Source of the DNA: an uncultured Pseudomonadota bacterium
Lineage (GTDB): Bacteria > SAR324 > NAC60-12
Direction of reading: 5' to 3'
Assembly (NCBI GenBank): GCA_913020725.1
Contig: CAJWCD010000046.1
Span: forward strand, 1-23,204
Length of the DNA stretch: 23,204 nucleotides
Shown: one piece after another, positions 8,197 through 15,972 of the stretch
Position numbering within the stretch: the first letter of the stretch is position 1
Layout of the letters: each line of letters begins with the position of its first letter
Position numbers and translations under genes: made by a program
The notes under the pieces: generated by a model
What the model saw: only the letters and a program-made list of their open reading frames with translations
Told to the model about the DNA's origin: nothing
The model's database searches: none

Positions 8197-9336
8197 ATGC
8201 CTGAGCGTTACCCTGATCCCACTTTGCGGCGCATCGACCGCGCCGTGACCCGTGCGGCGAAGGCTCCGGATTTGCTGCACTACCTCACTCCAGTCAATCT
8301 CGAATCGGAACGCCGCCGCTTTCTGAAAAAACAAGGCACCCGCAATCCGGCCTTTTCGTATCGGCTTCCGGAACTTGATCCGATTGTCCAGAAACGCACC
8401 CTGCATCGCATCCCGCTGGAGGAAATCGCCGATTCCGAAATCCAGCAGCTTTATGTGGATGTAGTGCAGGACTGCTCGAATCGGCTGGACCTCTTGCAGT
8501 CGCTTGGCACGGAACGCTTCCTCTACGACAGTTTGCGCTACTTCGGACGTCCGGGACGGCAGGAACTCAAGGATGCGGAATTTCTGCTCCACGGAGCGCC
8601 ATTGGCAGCGGACGAGCAGGAGGAGACTCTGCCCCTAGTGGACACCGCCCGCATTTTTGAGGACACCGCCCGCGACCACGGCTTCAGTTGCAGCATCGAA
8701 TACACCGACCGACTCATCTCCAAGGCCCTCGCCGGACCCCGCGGCCTGCGCATTCGCAAAAATGTGCGGTTCTCCGCACAGGAAACCCGTGCGTTGGCAC
8801 ATCACGAGATCGGAGTCCACTACCTCACCACCCTCAACGCTCGCAGACAGCCACTCTGCGTCCTGCAAATTGGGCTTCCGGTCAACACGATCACACAAGA
8901 GGGCTTGGGGGTGTTGAGCGAGTACCTTTCCGGAAACCTCACGCTGCAACGCCTCCGGGAAATCGCGTTGCGCGTGATTGCAGTCCACGAGGTGGTGGAA
9001 GGCACCGAGTTCCGGCACACCTTTCAGCGGCTGGTCGAACAGTACGAGATTGACCCGGAACGCGCCTTTGACGTGACCGTGCGGGCGTATCGTGGTCGGG
9101 GTTTCACCAAGGACTATGTTTACCTGCGGGGTTTCCGGACGATGCTGCTGCGCTTCCAATCCGGACAAACACTGGACGCTCTGCTCATCGGCAAGACGCA
9201 TCACGACTACCAGCCCGTGCTGGAGCGCATGATCGCAAAGCGCCTGCTGCACCCTCCGGCGTTCCAGACAGTCGCGTTTGCCAAACCCGCTGCGCCCGAT
9301 CCGATTCTCGCCTACCTCGTGCGCTCCTTGCGCTGA
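8197..9336 (+). CDS. QEGLA-motif / DUF1704 metallopeptidase (Tyr/Phe carboxypeptidase-domain family)
   Basis: HHEIGVHYLTTLN (HExxxH), TQEGLG, LREIALRV, RAYRGRGFTKDYVYLRG, LLIGK. Confidence 0.88.
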   Translation: MPERYPDPTLRRIDRAVTRAAKAPDLLHYLTPVNLESERRRFLKKQGTRNPAFSYRLPELDPIVQKRTLHRIPLEEIADSEIQQLYVDVVQDCSNRLDLLQSLGTERFLYDSLRYFGRPGRQELKDAEFLLHGAPLAADEQEETLPLVDTARIFEDTARDHGFSCSIEYTDRLISKALAGPRGLRIRKNVRFSAQETRALAHHEIGVHYLTTLNARRQPLCVLQIGLPVNTITQEGLGVLSEYLSGNLTLQRLREIALRVIAVHEVVEGTEFRHTFQRLVEQYEIDPERAFDVTVRAYRGRGFTKDYVYLRGFRTMLLRFQSGQTLDALLIGKTHHDYQPVLERMIAKRLLHPPAFQTVAFAKPAAPDPILAYLVRSLR

Positions 9337-9463
9337 GTCCGCAAGGCTCTGATGCTAACGCAGCTTGCCTCTCTTCGCCAGACGGTGAGTTGCACTTATG
9401 TGTTGAATCCGCGCCGAGAGAATGCTGGGATTCCCTCCTCGTGCGCTCCTTGCGCTGAGTCCG
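9315..9463 (+). repeat. 27-bp exact direct repeat (9315-9341, 9437-9463) spanning the peptidase stop codon
   Basis: cctcgtgcgctccttgcgctgagtccg occurs twice with 95 bp between the copies. Confidence 0.92.
9364..9407 (-). repeat. Copy 2 of the 44-bp repeat (inverted relative to 5978-6021)
   Basis: Reverse complement ttcaacacataagtgcaactcaccgtctggcgaagagaggcaag. Confidence 0.9.
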
Positions 9464-9547
9464 TATCCCGCTCCAGCTTGAGGTTGTGCCAAGCCTTCGG
9501 TACAGTCCAGACAGTTTTCTTGCAACCCTTAACTTTCCTGAAGAGCA

Positions 9548-10120
9548 ATGACACGAATGCTTGGTTTTGCCCTGCTGCTGATGCTGGGTGTCGGCTTGGT
9601 TTCGGATGCGGAAGCCCTGATCGAACACCGTCAATCTTGGAACACAAACGGCGAAGAGGCTGTGCTTGCGGGTTACGACGTGGTGGCCTATCACAGGTTG
9701 GGCAAGGCGACGATGGGGTCTCCGGAGTTCATGGCGGAGTGGATGGGCGGGGTGTTTCTGTTTGCCAACAAAGCGCACCTCAAGGCGTTCTTGAAGGATT
9801 CCCGGAAGTACGCCCCACAGTTTGGGGGCTATTGCAGTTGCGCGGTCGCGCACGGCTACACCGCCCCGGTTGATGCCAAAGATGCCTGGGAGGTTTATCG
9901 GGGAAAGCTTTATCTCAACTTCAGCGCCAACATCCACAAGCAGTGGATCGAACAGCAGGATTACAACATCCAGCGTGGCGTGGAGAACTGGCCGCAACTC
10001 GCAGGTGAACGTGGCTGGGTGATCTCCAGCAAGGTGCAGCAACTCGCCAAGCCCCTCGTGGAAAACGAAACCGTGGACCGCGTGCGCCGCTGGTTTGAAA
10101 GCAAAATTTTCAAGGATTGA
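9548..10120 (+). CDS. Secreted YHS domain-containing protein
   Basis: Signal peptide; GYDVVAY...GSPEF...W.G..FLFA....LKAF...KYAPQFGGYC...GKLYLN...NWP. Confidence 0.88.
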   Translation: MTRMLGFALLLMLGVGLVSDAEALIEHRQSWNTNGEEAVLAGYDVVAYHRLGKATMGSPEFMAEWMGGVFLFANKAHLKAFLKDSRKYAPQFGGYCSCAVAHGYTAPVDAKDAWEVYRGKLYLNFSANIHKQWIEQQDYNIQRGVENWPQLAGERGWVISSKVQQLAKPLVENETVDRVRRWFESKIFKD

Positions 10121-10122
10121 CC

Positions 10123-10446
10123 ATGACCCTCAAGGATTTGCTCTACGAACTCGTCTGCCTCGGCTTTGTGCCGAACCTCATGAGCGAGAACGGAGAGCCG
10201 CCCCTCGTATTCCACGCCACGCGGCAAGGCGTGGGGATTCACCTCTACCTCAACCTGCAAGCCCCGCACAAGGGGTCTGTGATCACCGGAGATCAGAAGT
10301 ACACCCGGTTGGATTTCGGCACCGAGGAGGAGCTTTGCGAGTGGGCGGTGGCCACGCTCAACCAGTTGAGTGGCGAAGAACCAGCACCGGAGCCAGAGTT
10401 TCCCCCCACCCCAGAACCAGTCATCGAGCCAAGTTCAGAGGCTTAG
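10123..10446 (+). CDS. Hypothetical protein
   Basis: ATG 2 bp after the YHS stop; protein-like composition with a P/E-rich tail; stop overlaps the convergent helicase stop. Confidence 0.65.
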   Translation: MTLKDLLYELVCLGFVPNLMSENGEPPLVFHATRQGVGIHLYLNLQAPHKGSVITGDQKYTRLDFGTEEELCEWAVATLNQLSGEEPAPEPEFPPTPEPVIEPSSEA

Positions 10447-12482
10447 CCGCGACGGCGCTTGCGCCCCGTTGATTGCGACCAGTCACGCGGTTTCCACGCG
10501 CCCTGCTCCCGGGAATCGTCCGAACGCCGCTCCCGATCATCCCCGTTGCGCTCGAAACGTTGACCACGCGGCTTGAAGTCACTGCTCTGCTCAAAGCGTC
10601 GGTCGGAGGGCTTGCGGTCGGAAGGTTTGCGTTCAAAGCGTTTGAAATCTCCCCGGCCTTCCCCGTTTTGTGGCGCAGGCTTGCGGTCAAACTTCTGGGA
10701 ATCCTGTGAATTGCCACGCTGATTGTCATCCCGTTTCCCGTTTCGGAAGGAGCCACGATCCGCATCGAAGGAGCGCGCTTTCTGGAAACCTCCAGAACGT
10801 TCGCCAAAGCGATCCGAGTTGCGGCGGAATCCGGAATCCTGCTCACGAGAGGGTTGCCGTCCTTGGCGTTCACCGTTCGATTCCTTGGATTGTCCGCGTT
10901 CCTCGCGCTGGGGTGCTGATTTCTTATCGAAGGAGCGCGCTTTCTGGAAACCTCCAGAACGTTCGCCAAAGCGATCCGAGTTGCGGCGGAATCCGGAATC
11001 CTGCTCACGAGAGGGTTGCCGTCCTTGGCGTTCACCGTTCGATTCCTTGGATTGTCCGCGTTCCTCGCGCTGGGGTGCTGATTTCTTCCGGCCCTGCTGC
11101 CGCAGATCCACTGCAGATCCGGAATCCTCCCGGAAATTCCTGCTACGCGGGCGTTCGTCTCGCGACTCGTCGAAGCGCTTACGCTCCGGACGCTGCGACT
11201 CAAACTGCCGATTCACACTCCCAGAACGTTTTCCATCTGCGGAATTCTTCCACCGTGCAGGTTTTTCAAACCCTTCCGTGTTTGCAGAATAATCCTCACG
11301 TCGGTTCTCCCCGGACTCTTCCGTTCGAGCGGAGGCGGGTCGGTCAAGCTCCTTGGCAATCGTCCATTTGTGAACCGGAATGGACTGCTTCAACACACGC
11401 TCGATGGATTTGAGCTTCTTGCGCTCGTCCGGAGCGCAGAGCGAAACGGCGATGCCATCTGCGCCCGCACGCGCCGTGCGGCCAATCCGATGAACGTAGC
11501 TTTCCGGCTCGTCCGGGAGTTCGTAGTTGAAGACGTGCGAGATGCCCGTGACGTCGATGCCGCGAGAGGCGACATCGGTGGCGACCAGCACCTTGAGCTG
11601 ACCCGTCCGGAAACCCCGCAACGCCCGCTCACGCTGGCTCTGGCTACGGTTGCCGTGGATTGAATCAACACGGACACCTTTTTCGCTGAGCGTTTTCGCC
11701 AGCTTGTCCGCCCCGAACTTGGTGCGGGTGAAAACAAGTCCTCGGGACATCTGCGACTCGTGCAGCAGGGTGCGGAGCAGGTCGCGCTTGAGCTTCTTGT
11801 CCACCATCAACACGCGCTGTTCGACGCGCTCGACCGTTTTGGATTCCGGAGCAATCTCCACTCGTACAGGATTGTTGAGCAGAGTATTCACCAAGTCCGA
11901 CACCCCCTTGGGCATCGTTGCAGAAAAGAGCATGTTCTGCCGCGATTTGGGGAGCAGTGCAGCAATCCGCTTGATCTCCGGGAGAAAACCGACGTCCAAC
12001 ATACGGTCGGCCTCGTCGAGTACCAACACTTCCACGTCCCCCAAGAAAACGTTGCCCTGTTCCATGTGATCACGCAGGCGTCCGGGTGTGGCAACCAAGA
12101 CCTCAACTCCGTTCTGAAGCATGCGACGCTGCGGCGGCAGACGCACTCCGCCATAGACCACCCCACAGGGCAGCCGAAGGTGCCGACCCAATTGGTGGAC
12201 CACGGTGTCCACTTGCACGGCAAGCTCGCGGGTCGGGACAAGGATCAGCGCTCGCGGACGCTTGCGCTCGGCAACACGGCCTTCTGCCGCCAAGCGGTGC
12301 AACAGCGGCAGCACGAATGCGGCGGTCTTGCCGGTGCCGGTTTGCGCGATGCCCAGCAGGTCATGCCCGTCGAGTAGTTTTGGGATGGATTCGTGCTGAA
12401 TCGGGGTGGGGGTGTGAAAGTCCAGTTCGCCCAATGCTTGATGCAATGGGGTCGCCAGCGGGAACTCTTGAAAGGTGTGCAT
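10443..12482 (-). CDS. DEAD-box RNA helicase (RhlE-like) with long disordered R/S/E/G-rich C-terminus
   Basis: Q motif TPTPIQ, AQTGTGKT, PTRELA, TPGR, DEAD, SAT, RGID, HRIGRTARAG. GGAG RBS before ATG 12482, so the start is trimmed from the ORF track. Confidence 0.95.
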   Translation of the reverse strand: MHTFQEFPLATPLHQALGELDFHTPTPIQHESIPKLLDGHDLLGIAQTGTGKTAAFVLPLLHRLAAEGRVAERKRPRALILVPTRELAVQVDTVVHQLGRHLRLPCGVVYGGVRLPPQRRMLQNGVEVLVATPGRLRDHMEQGNVFLGDVEVLVLDEADRMLDVGFLPEIKRIAALLPKSRQNMLFSATMPKGVSDLVNTLLNNPVRVEIAPESKTVERVEQRVLMVDKKLKRDLLRTLLHESQMSRGLVFTRTKFGADKLAKTLSEKGVRVDSIHGNRSQSQRERALRGFRTGQLKVLVATDVASRGIDVTGISHVFNYELPDEPESYVHRIGRTARAGADGIAVSLCAPDERKKLKSIERVLKQSIPVHKWTIAKELDRPASARTEESGENRREDYSANTEGFEKPARWKNSADGKRSGSVNRQFESQRPERKRFDESRDERPRSRNFREDSGSAVDLRQQGRKKSAPQREERGQSKESNGERQGRQPSREQDSGFRRNSDRFGERSGGFQKARSFDKKSAPQREERGQSKESNGERQGRQPSREQDSGFRRNSDRFGERSGGFQKARSFDADRGSFRNGKRDDNQRGNSQDSQKFDRKPAPQNGEGRGDFKRFERKPSDRKPSDRRFEQSSDFKPRGQRFERNGDDRERRSDDSREQGAWKPRDWSQSTGRKRRRG
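10764..11087. repeat. Perfect 162-bp in-frame tandem duplication in the helicase tail
   Basis: 10764-10925 and 10926-11087 are identical and encode a 54-aa unit KKSAPQREE...KARSFD twice. Confidence 0.95.
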
Positions 12483-12705
12483 AACACTCCAAATGGGTGG
12501 TGAAAAGACAGGAATCGCCACGCCAGCGTCACACACAAAGGGACACATGGCTCCGGGAGCAGTGCTCAACCGAAACAAACGGCACGGACAATCCAGATCG
12601 CCCTCGTTCAACGGCACTTCCGTTGCGGGGGCAGGGCTCTCAGGGTGTGCCGTGGGAAAACAAAATGATGATTTCTTCAGGCAGGATCATGAAAGCAATC
12701 TAGCT

Positions 12706-12734
12706 AGCATATCGTGGATTTTCTGAGTTGTCAA
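12706..12734 (-). promoter_or_regulatory. Sigma70-type promoter of the helicase gene
   Basis: Minus strand TTGACA (12734-12729), 17 bp, TATGCT (12711-12706). Confidence 0.75.
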
Positions 12735-12769
12735 CAAAAATTTTAACTTTGGTAACAAATCACGCAAAT

Positions 12770-12925
12770 CCCTTCTTTTCGGTTGGAGTGGGCAGCCAAG
12801 TCAACTTGGGAACGGGTAGTACTTTTACCACCTTCCACACCTTTAATGGCAATGCGACTGAAGCCATCATTGCCTGCAATCCCCATATTTGGAATCGGTG
12901 GTAATCGTTTCAACCGAAAAGAGGG
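12770..12925. other. Highly self-complementary ~155-nt element (candidate structured ncRNA or MITE)
   Basis: Nested inverted repeats tcttttcggttg/caaccgaaaaga, ttaccacc-ttcca/tggaatcggtggtaa, ggcaatg/cattgcc, plus side hairpin ccaag-tcaa-cttgg. Confidence 0.6.
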
Positions 12926-12933
12926 TCTGATCA

Positions 12934-13026
12934 GTGTCCCCCTCCGAATGCGGATGAACCGCTGATTGCCAGCCCAAGCCCGGCTAGGTTTTCGTGTTCC
13001 TCCCCCACAGGTGTGGGGAGGAACCG
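12934..13026 (+). CRISPR. Degenerate orphan type I-E-like mini-array (repeat / 32-nt spacer / repeat)
   Basis: R1 gtgtccccctccgaatgcggatgaaccg (12934-12961); spacer 12962-12993 (32 nt); R2 gtgttc[ctcc]cccacaggtgtggggaggaaccg (12994-13026). Compare the I-E pattern GTGTTCCCC...GGGGAT(G/A)AACCG. No cas genes in window. Confidence 0.55.
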
Positions 13027-13752
13027 CTAAGCACATGCCGTCCGTTCAGACTGGGTATTGAGGAACTGCATCATCCAACTCGCCACCAACTCGGCTTGAA
13101 TGGGATGCTGGAGCGATGCAACTCCGGAGGCGTAGAGTTCCTCGCCATAGTGTTCGCGTCGCAAGTCGAGGATGCCTTGGGAGAATTCCTTGGTGAACTC
13201 CGGGTGTCCCTGAAAAGACAACACATGATCTCCAAGGGTAAAGGCGGCGTTTTTACAGAAACCGCTGGAGGCAAGGCGAGTGGCCCCATCCGGGAGTTCC
13301 GTGACTTGATCCTGATGGCTGGCGAGGATGGAGAATTCCGGAGGGCTGGAATCGAGCCATGCCGGAGTTTCCAGCACTTGGTAAGTTTGCCGACCCACAC
13401 CCCAACCCTGCGCAGCCTTTTCCGTCCGCCCCCCCAGTGCCTGCGCGATCATCTGGTGCCCAAAGCAGATGCCGATCAACGGCTTGCGAAGTTGGTGCAG
13501 GGTGCGGACGTAGGCCTCCAGACGCTCAATCCATGGCTCCGACTCATAAACACTCCGGGCACTCCCTGTGATGAGATAGCCTCCGCAGCCATCGGGGTGC
13601 TCAGGAAACTCCCCGGTGAACACACGGTAGCTCACACAGGTCAGCTTTTGGGCATGAGGCTGCAAAAGCCGTTCAAACACGAGCTTGTAGGAAATGAACC
13701 GAGGCCGCAGGTTCTCCGGAATGTGGTCACATTCAAGAATGCCGAGTTTCAT
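13027..13752 (-). CDS. Class I glutamine amidotransferase-like protein
   Basis: YLITGS, GICFGHQ (catalytic Cys), SHQDQV, FQGHPEF (His-x-Glu). Confidence 0.92.
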   Translation of the reverse strand: MKLGILECDHIPENLRPRFISYKLVFERLLQPHAQKLTCVSYRVFTGEFPEHPDGCGGYLITGSARSVYESEPWIERLEAYVRTLHQLRKPLIGICFGHQMIAQALGGRTEKAAQGWGVGRQTYQVLETPAWLDSSPPEFSILASHQDQVTELPDGATRLASSGFCKNAAFTLGDHVLSFQGHPEFTKEFSQGILDLRREHYGEELYASGVASLQHPIQAELVASWMMQFLNTQSERTACA

Positions 13753-13857
13753 CGTAGAGCTTTCGAGGATTGAGGTTGAACGAACTGGTTCTCCCCATGC
13801 TAACTTTTTCCAGGATGACCTGCAACGCAGACGATGCCCACACAGGCTGAGGGCGGG

Positions 13858-14634
13858 TCACATCGAGAACGATTCGCCGAGATAGACACGGCGAGCTTGA
13901 GGATCGGCAGCAAGGATTTGCGGGGAGCCTTCGACGAGCAGCGCTCCTTCGTTCATGATGTAGCCGTAATCAATGATACCGAAGGTTTCCCGGACGTTGT
14001 GATCGGTGATGAGGATGCCGATGTTGCGCTCGGCGAGTTGGCGGATGATGGACTGGATGTCCGCTACGGCGATCGGATCCACTCCGGCAAAGGGTTCGTC
14101 GAGCAGAATGATTGCAGGATCAAGCACAAGGGCACGGGCAATTTCGGCGCGACGGCTCTCCCCTCCGGAGAGCGCGTAGCCCATGCTTTTGCGGACGTGC
14201 TGGATGCCGAGTTCCTGAAGCAACCGCTCCAAGCGCTCGTGCCGCTCCTGCTTCGACAACGGCATCAGTTCCATAACGGCGAGCAGGTTCTCCTCCACGG
14301 TCATCTTCCGGAAGATCGAACGCTCTTGGGCGAGGTAGCCCAGTCCCGCCTGCGCCCGGCGGTGCATCGGCAGTCGGGTGATGTCGCGGCCGTCGAGGAT
14401 GATCTGTCCGCGATCCGGACGCAGCACTCCAGCGATCATGTAGAAGGTGGTCGTCTTGCCTGCACCATTGGGGCCGAGCAACCCCACCACCTGCCCTTGC
14501 GTGATTTCGATGGAAACCTGCTGGACCGCATGTCGGCCTCGATACGATTTTTCCAGACTGCGGGCTTGGAGCCTCCGGGAGGCGGTCTGCCCTTCAGACT
14601 GCTCCACACGCTCTGGCTGAACCATCATGTCCAT
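13858..14634 (-). CDS. lptB: LPS export ABC transporter ATP-binding protein
   Basis: GLLGPNGAGKTTTFYM, LPMHRRA..GLGYLAQE.SIFRKMTV, LSGGE.RR.EIARAL, LLDEPFAGVDP, ITDHNVRET, VYLGE.F. Exact start uncertain (14625-14640). Confidence 0.95.
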   Translation of the reverse strand: MDMMVQPERVEQSEGQTASRRLQARSLEKSYRGRHAVQQVSIEITQGQVVGLLGPNGAGKTTTFYMIAGVLRPDRGQIILDGRDITRLPMHRRAQAGLGYLAQERSIFRKMTVEENLLAVMELMPLSKQERHERLERLLQELGIQHVRKSMGYALSGGESRRAEIARALVLDPAIILLDEPFAGVDPIAVADIQSIIRQLAERNIGILITDHNVRETFGIIDYGYIMNEGALLVEGSPQILAADPQARRVYLGESFSM

Positions 14635-14662
14635 TGACAATTCTGCAAGTTTCTCATAAATT
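14634..14662 (+). promoter_or_regulatory. Sigma70-type promoter for the zinc-ribbon/ccmB unit
   Basis: TTGACA (14634-14639), 17 bp, TAAATT (14657-14662). Confidence 0.6.
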
Positions 14663-14718
14663 AGATAGGTTCATCGGTCAGCTTCCAAAAATAATCACTT
14701 TAGCAAAAACTTCCAGAC

Positions 14719-15123
14719 ATGCCAATTTACGAGTACGGATGCGCCGAATGCGGCTACGAGTTTGAGGAGATGCAGAAGTTCCGTGATCCTCCGTTACAAG
14801 ACTGCCCCCAGTGCGAACAACCCGCCGCCCAACGCAAGATTTCCATCAGTGCCTTCCACCTCAAAGGAGGAGGTTGGTACAAAGACGGTTATGGCAACAA
14901 CAAACCGGAGTCTTCCGGAAGTGACGAAAAATCCGAAAAATCAGGCGGAAGCGAGGCGAAACCCGAGACTCCAAAATCAGAAGAAGCCGGAAGTGGAAAA
15001 TCCGAAGGCAAGTCCGAAAAATCCGAAGGCAAGTCCGAAAAATCCGGAAGCACCTCCAGCAAATCGGAAGGTTCGGCCAGCAAGCCTGCCGCCTCCAAGC
15101 CCCCTGCCAAAAGCGCGGCCTGA
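14719..15123 (+). CDS. FmdB-family zinc-ribbon regulatory protein with low-complexity S/E/K tail
   Basis: MPIYEY.C..CG..FE.MQK..DPPL..CP.C......RKIS...F.LKGGGWYKDGY; 21-bp tandem unit at 14997-15046. Confidence 0.92.
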   Translation: MPIYEYGCAECGYEFEEMQKFRDPPLQDCPQCEQPAAQRKISISAFHLKGGGWYKDGYGNNKPESSGSDEKSEKSGGSEAKPETPKSEEAGSGKSEGKSEKSEGKSEKSGSTSSKSEGSASKPAASKPPAKSAA

Positions 15124-15148
15124 GCCGCTAGCTCCGGCCCCCCGCCGG

Positions 15149-15835
15149 ATGATCCCCATGCCCGTCGTCTTCCAGCAATTCCTCGTTCTCGTCTGGAAAG
15201 ACCTCCTCATTGACCTGCGGCGCAAGGAGCATCTACTCTCGATGCTGCTCTTCGCCGTCCTCACCCTGCTCGTGTTCCAGTTTGCGATGGGAGACGACCC
15301 CCAGCAGTTCCGTACGGCGTTGCCCGGACTCATCTGGGTGGTGTTCCTGATGACCGGAGTGCTGAGCCTCGGCAAATCACTCACCCAAGAAATGGAAACG
15401 GGGTGCATGGGAGCACTGCTGATGAGTCCGGTGGATCGCAGTGTACTGTTCCTCGGCAAAGTCGTCGCCAACGCCTGCTTTCTGCTCACCGCACAACTCC
15501 TCTTTCTGCCGCTCTGTGCGGTTTTCTTTCAGGTCACACCCGACAATCTGCTGGGCCTCACTCTTGTCCTCGTGGGCGGCACCCTTGGGTTCAGCAGCCT
15601 CGGCACCCTGCTCACCGCCATGACCGCCTCCCTGCGCGGACGCGAGGTGTTACTGCCCATCCTGCTCTTTCCTCTCATGATTCCCAGTCTGCTCAGCGTG
15701 GTCCGGCTCACGGCCTTCCTGCTCTTCGGAGTGCATGAGGACGAAGTATTTTTGTGGAGCCAGATGTTGCTTGCCTCCGATATCCTGCTCGGAGTCGTTT
15801 CCTTGCTAGCCTTTGAGTTTGTCACGGAAGAATAG
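15149..15835 (+). CDS. ccmB: Heme exporter protein B
   Basis: WKDLLIDLR.KE....MLLFA, PGLIWV, E.E.G....L...PVDR..LFLGK, REVLLPILLFPLMIP. Start at ATG 15149 or 15158. Confidence 0.9.
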   Translation: MIPMPVVFQQFLVLVWKDLLIDLRRKEHLLSMLLFAVLTLLVFQFAMGDDPQQFRTALPGLIWVVFLMTGVLSLGKSLTQEMETGCMGALLMSPVDRSVLFLGKVVANACFLLTAQLLFLPLCAVFFQVTPDNLLGLTLVLVGGTLGFSSLGTLLTAMTASLRGREVLLPILLFPLMIPSLLSVVRLTAFLLFGVHEDEVFLWSQMLLASDILLGVVSLLAFEFVTEE

Positions 15836-15906
15836 TGATTTTGAAAAAAATAAATCCAATTAATTCAGTTGTTTTTATTATTTTTTGTGCGAATGCAAAA
15901 ATAATG

Positions 15907-15935
15907 TTGACTTATCCGCAAATTCAAGGCAGAAT
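15907..15935 (+). promoter_or_regulatory. Putative sigma70 promoter with AT-rich upstream tract
   Basis: TTGACT, 17 bp, CAGAAT; preceded by A/T tracts at 15840-15905; AAGGAG RBS before ATG 15973. Confidence 0.5.
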
Positions 15936-15972
15936 AGCTTCAACATGAACTCACAAACAAGGAGTCTGAACA

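Noticed and set aside
9548..10120. Selenoprotein recoding in the YHS gene
   Set aside because: The GGYC position is a normal Cys codon and there is no in-frame TGA.
10719..10732. 12/14 match of the mini-array spacer 5' end to the helicase gene (ctgattgtcatccc)
   Set aside because: Too short to be significant, and the preceding bases (ACG) are not a typical I-E PAM.
12770..12925. 6S RNA, SRP RNA or riboswitch identity for the structured element
   Set aside because: No SRP GGAAG loop motif, no symmetric central bubble or usual 6S gene context, and no riboswitch consensus recognised.
12996..13024. Simple intrinsic terminator for the GATase gene
   Set aside because: Strong hairpin but no following U tract on either strand; better explained as the second CRISPR-like repeat, though a terminator role is not excluded.
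14997..15046. 21-bp tandem repeat
   Set aside because: Ordinary in-frame low-complexity expansion in an FmdB-family tail.
14762..15835. 357-aa extended CcmB or zinc-ribbon/CcmB fusion
   Set aside because: The extension is an alternate frame of the zinc-ribbon gene, which has its own stop at 15123.
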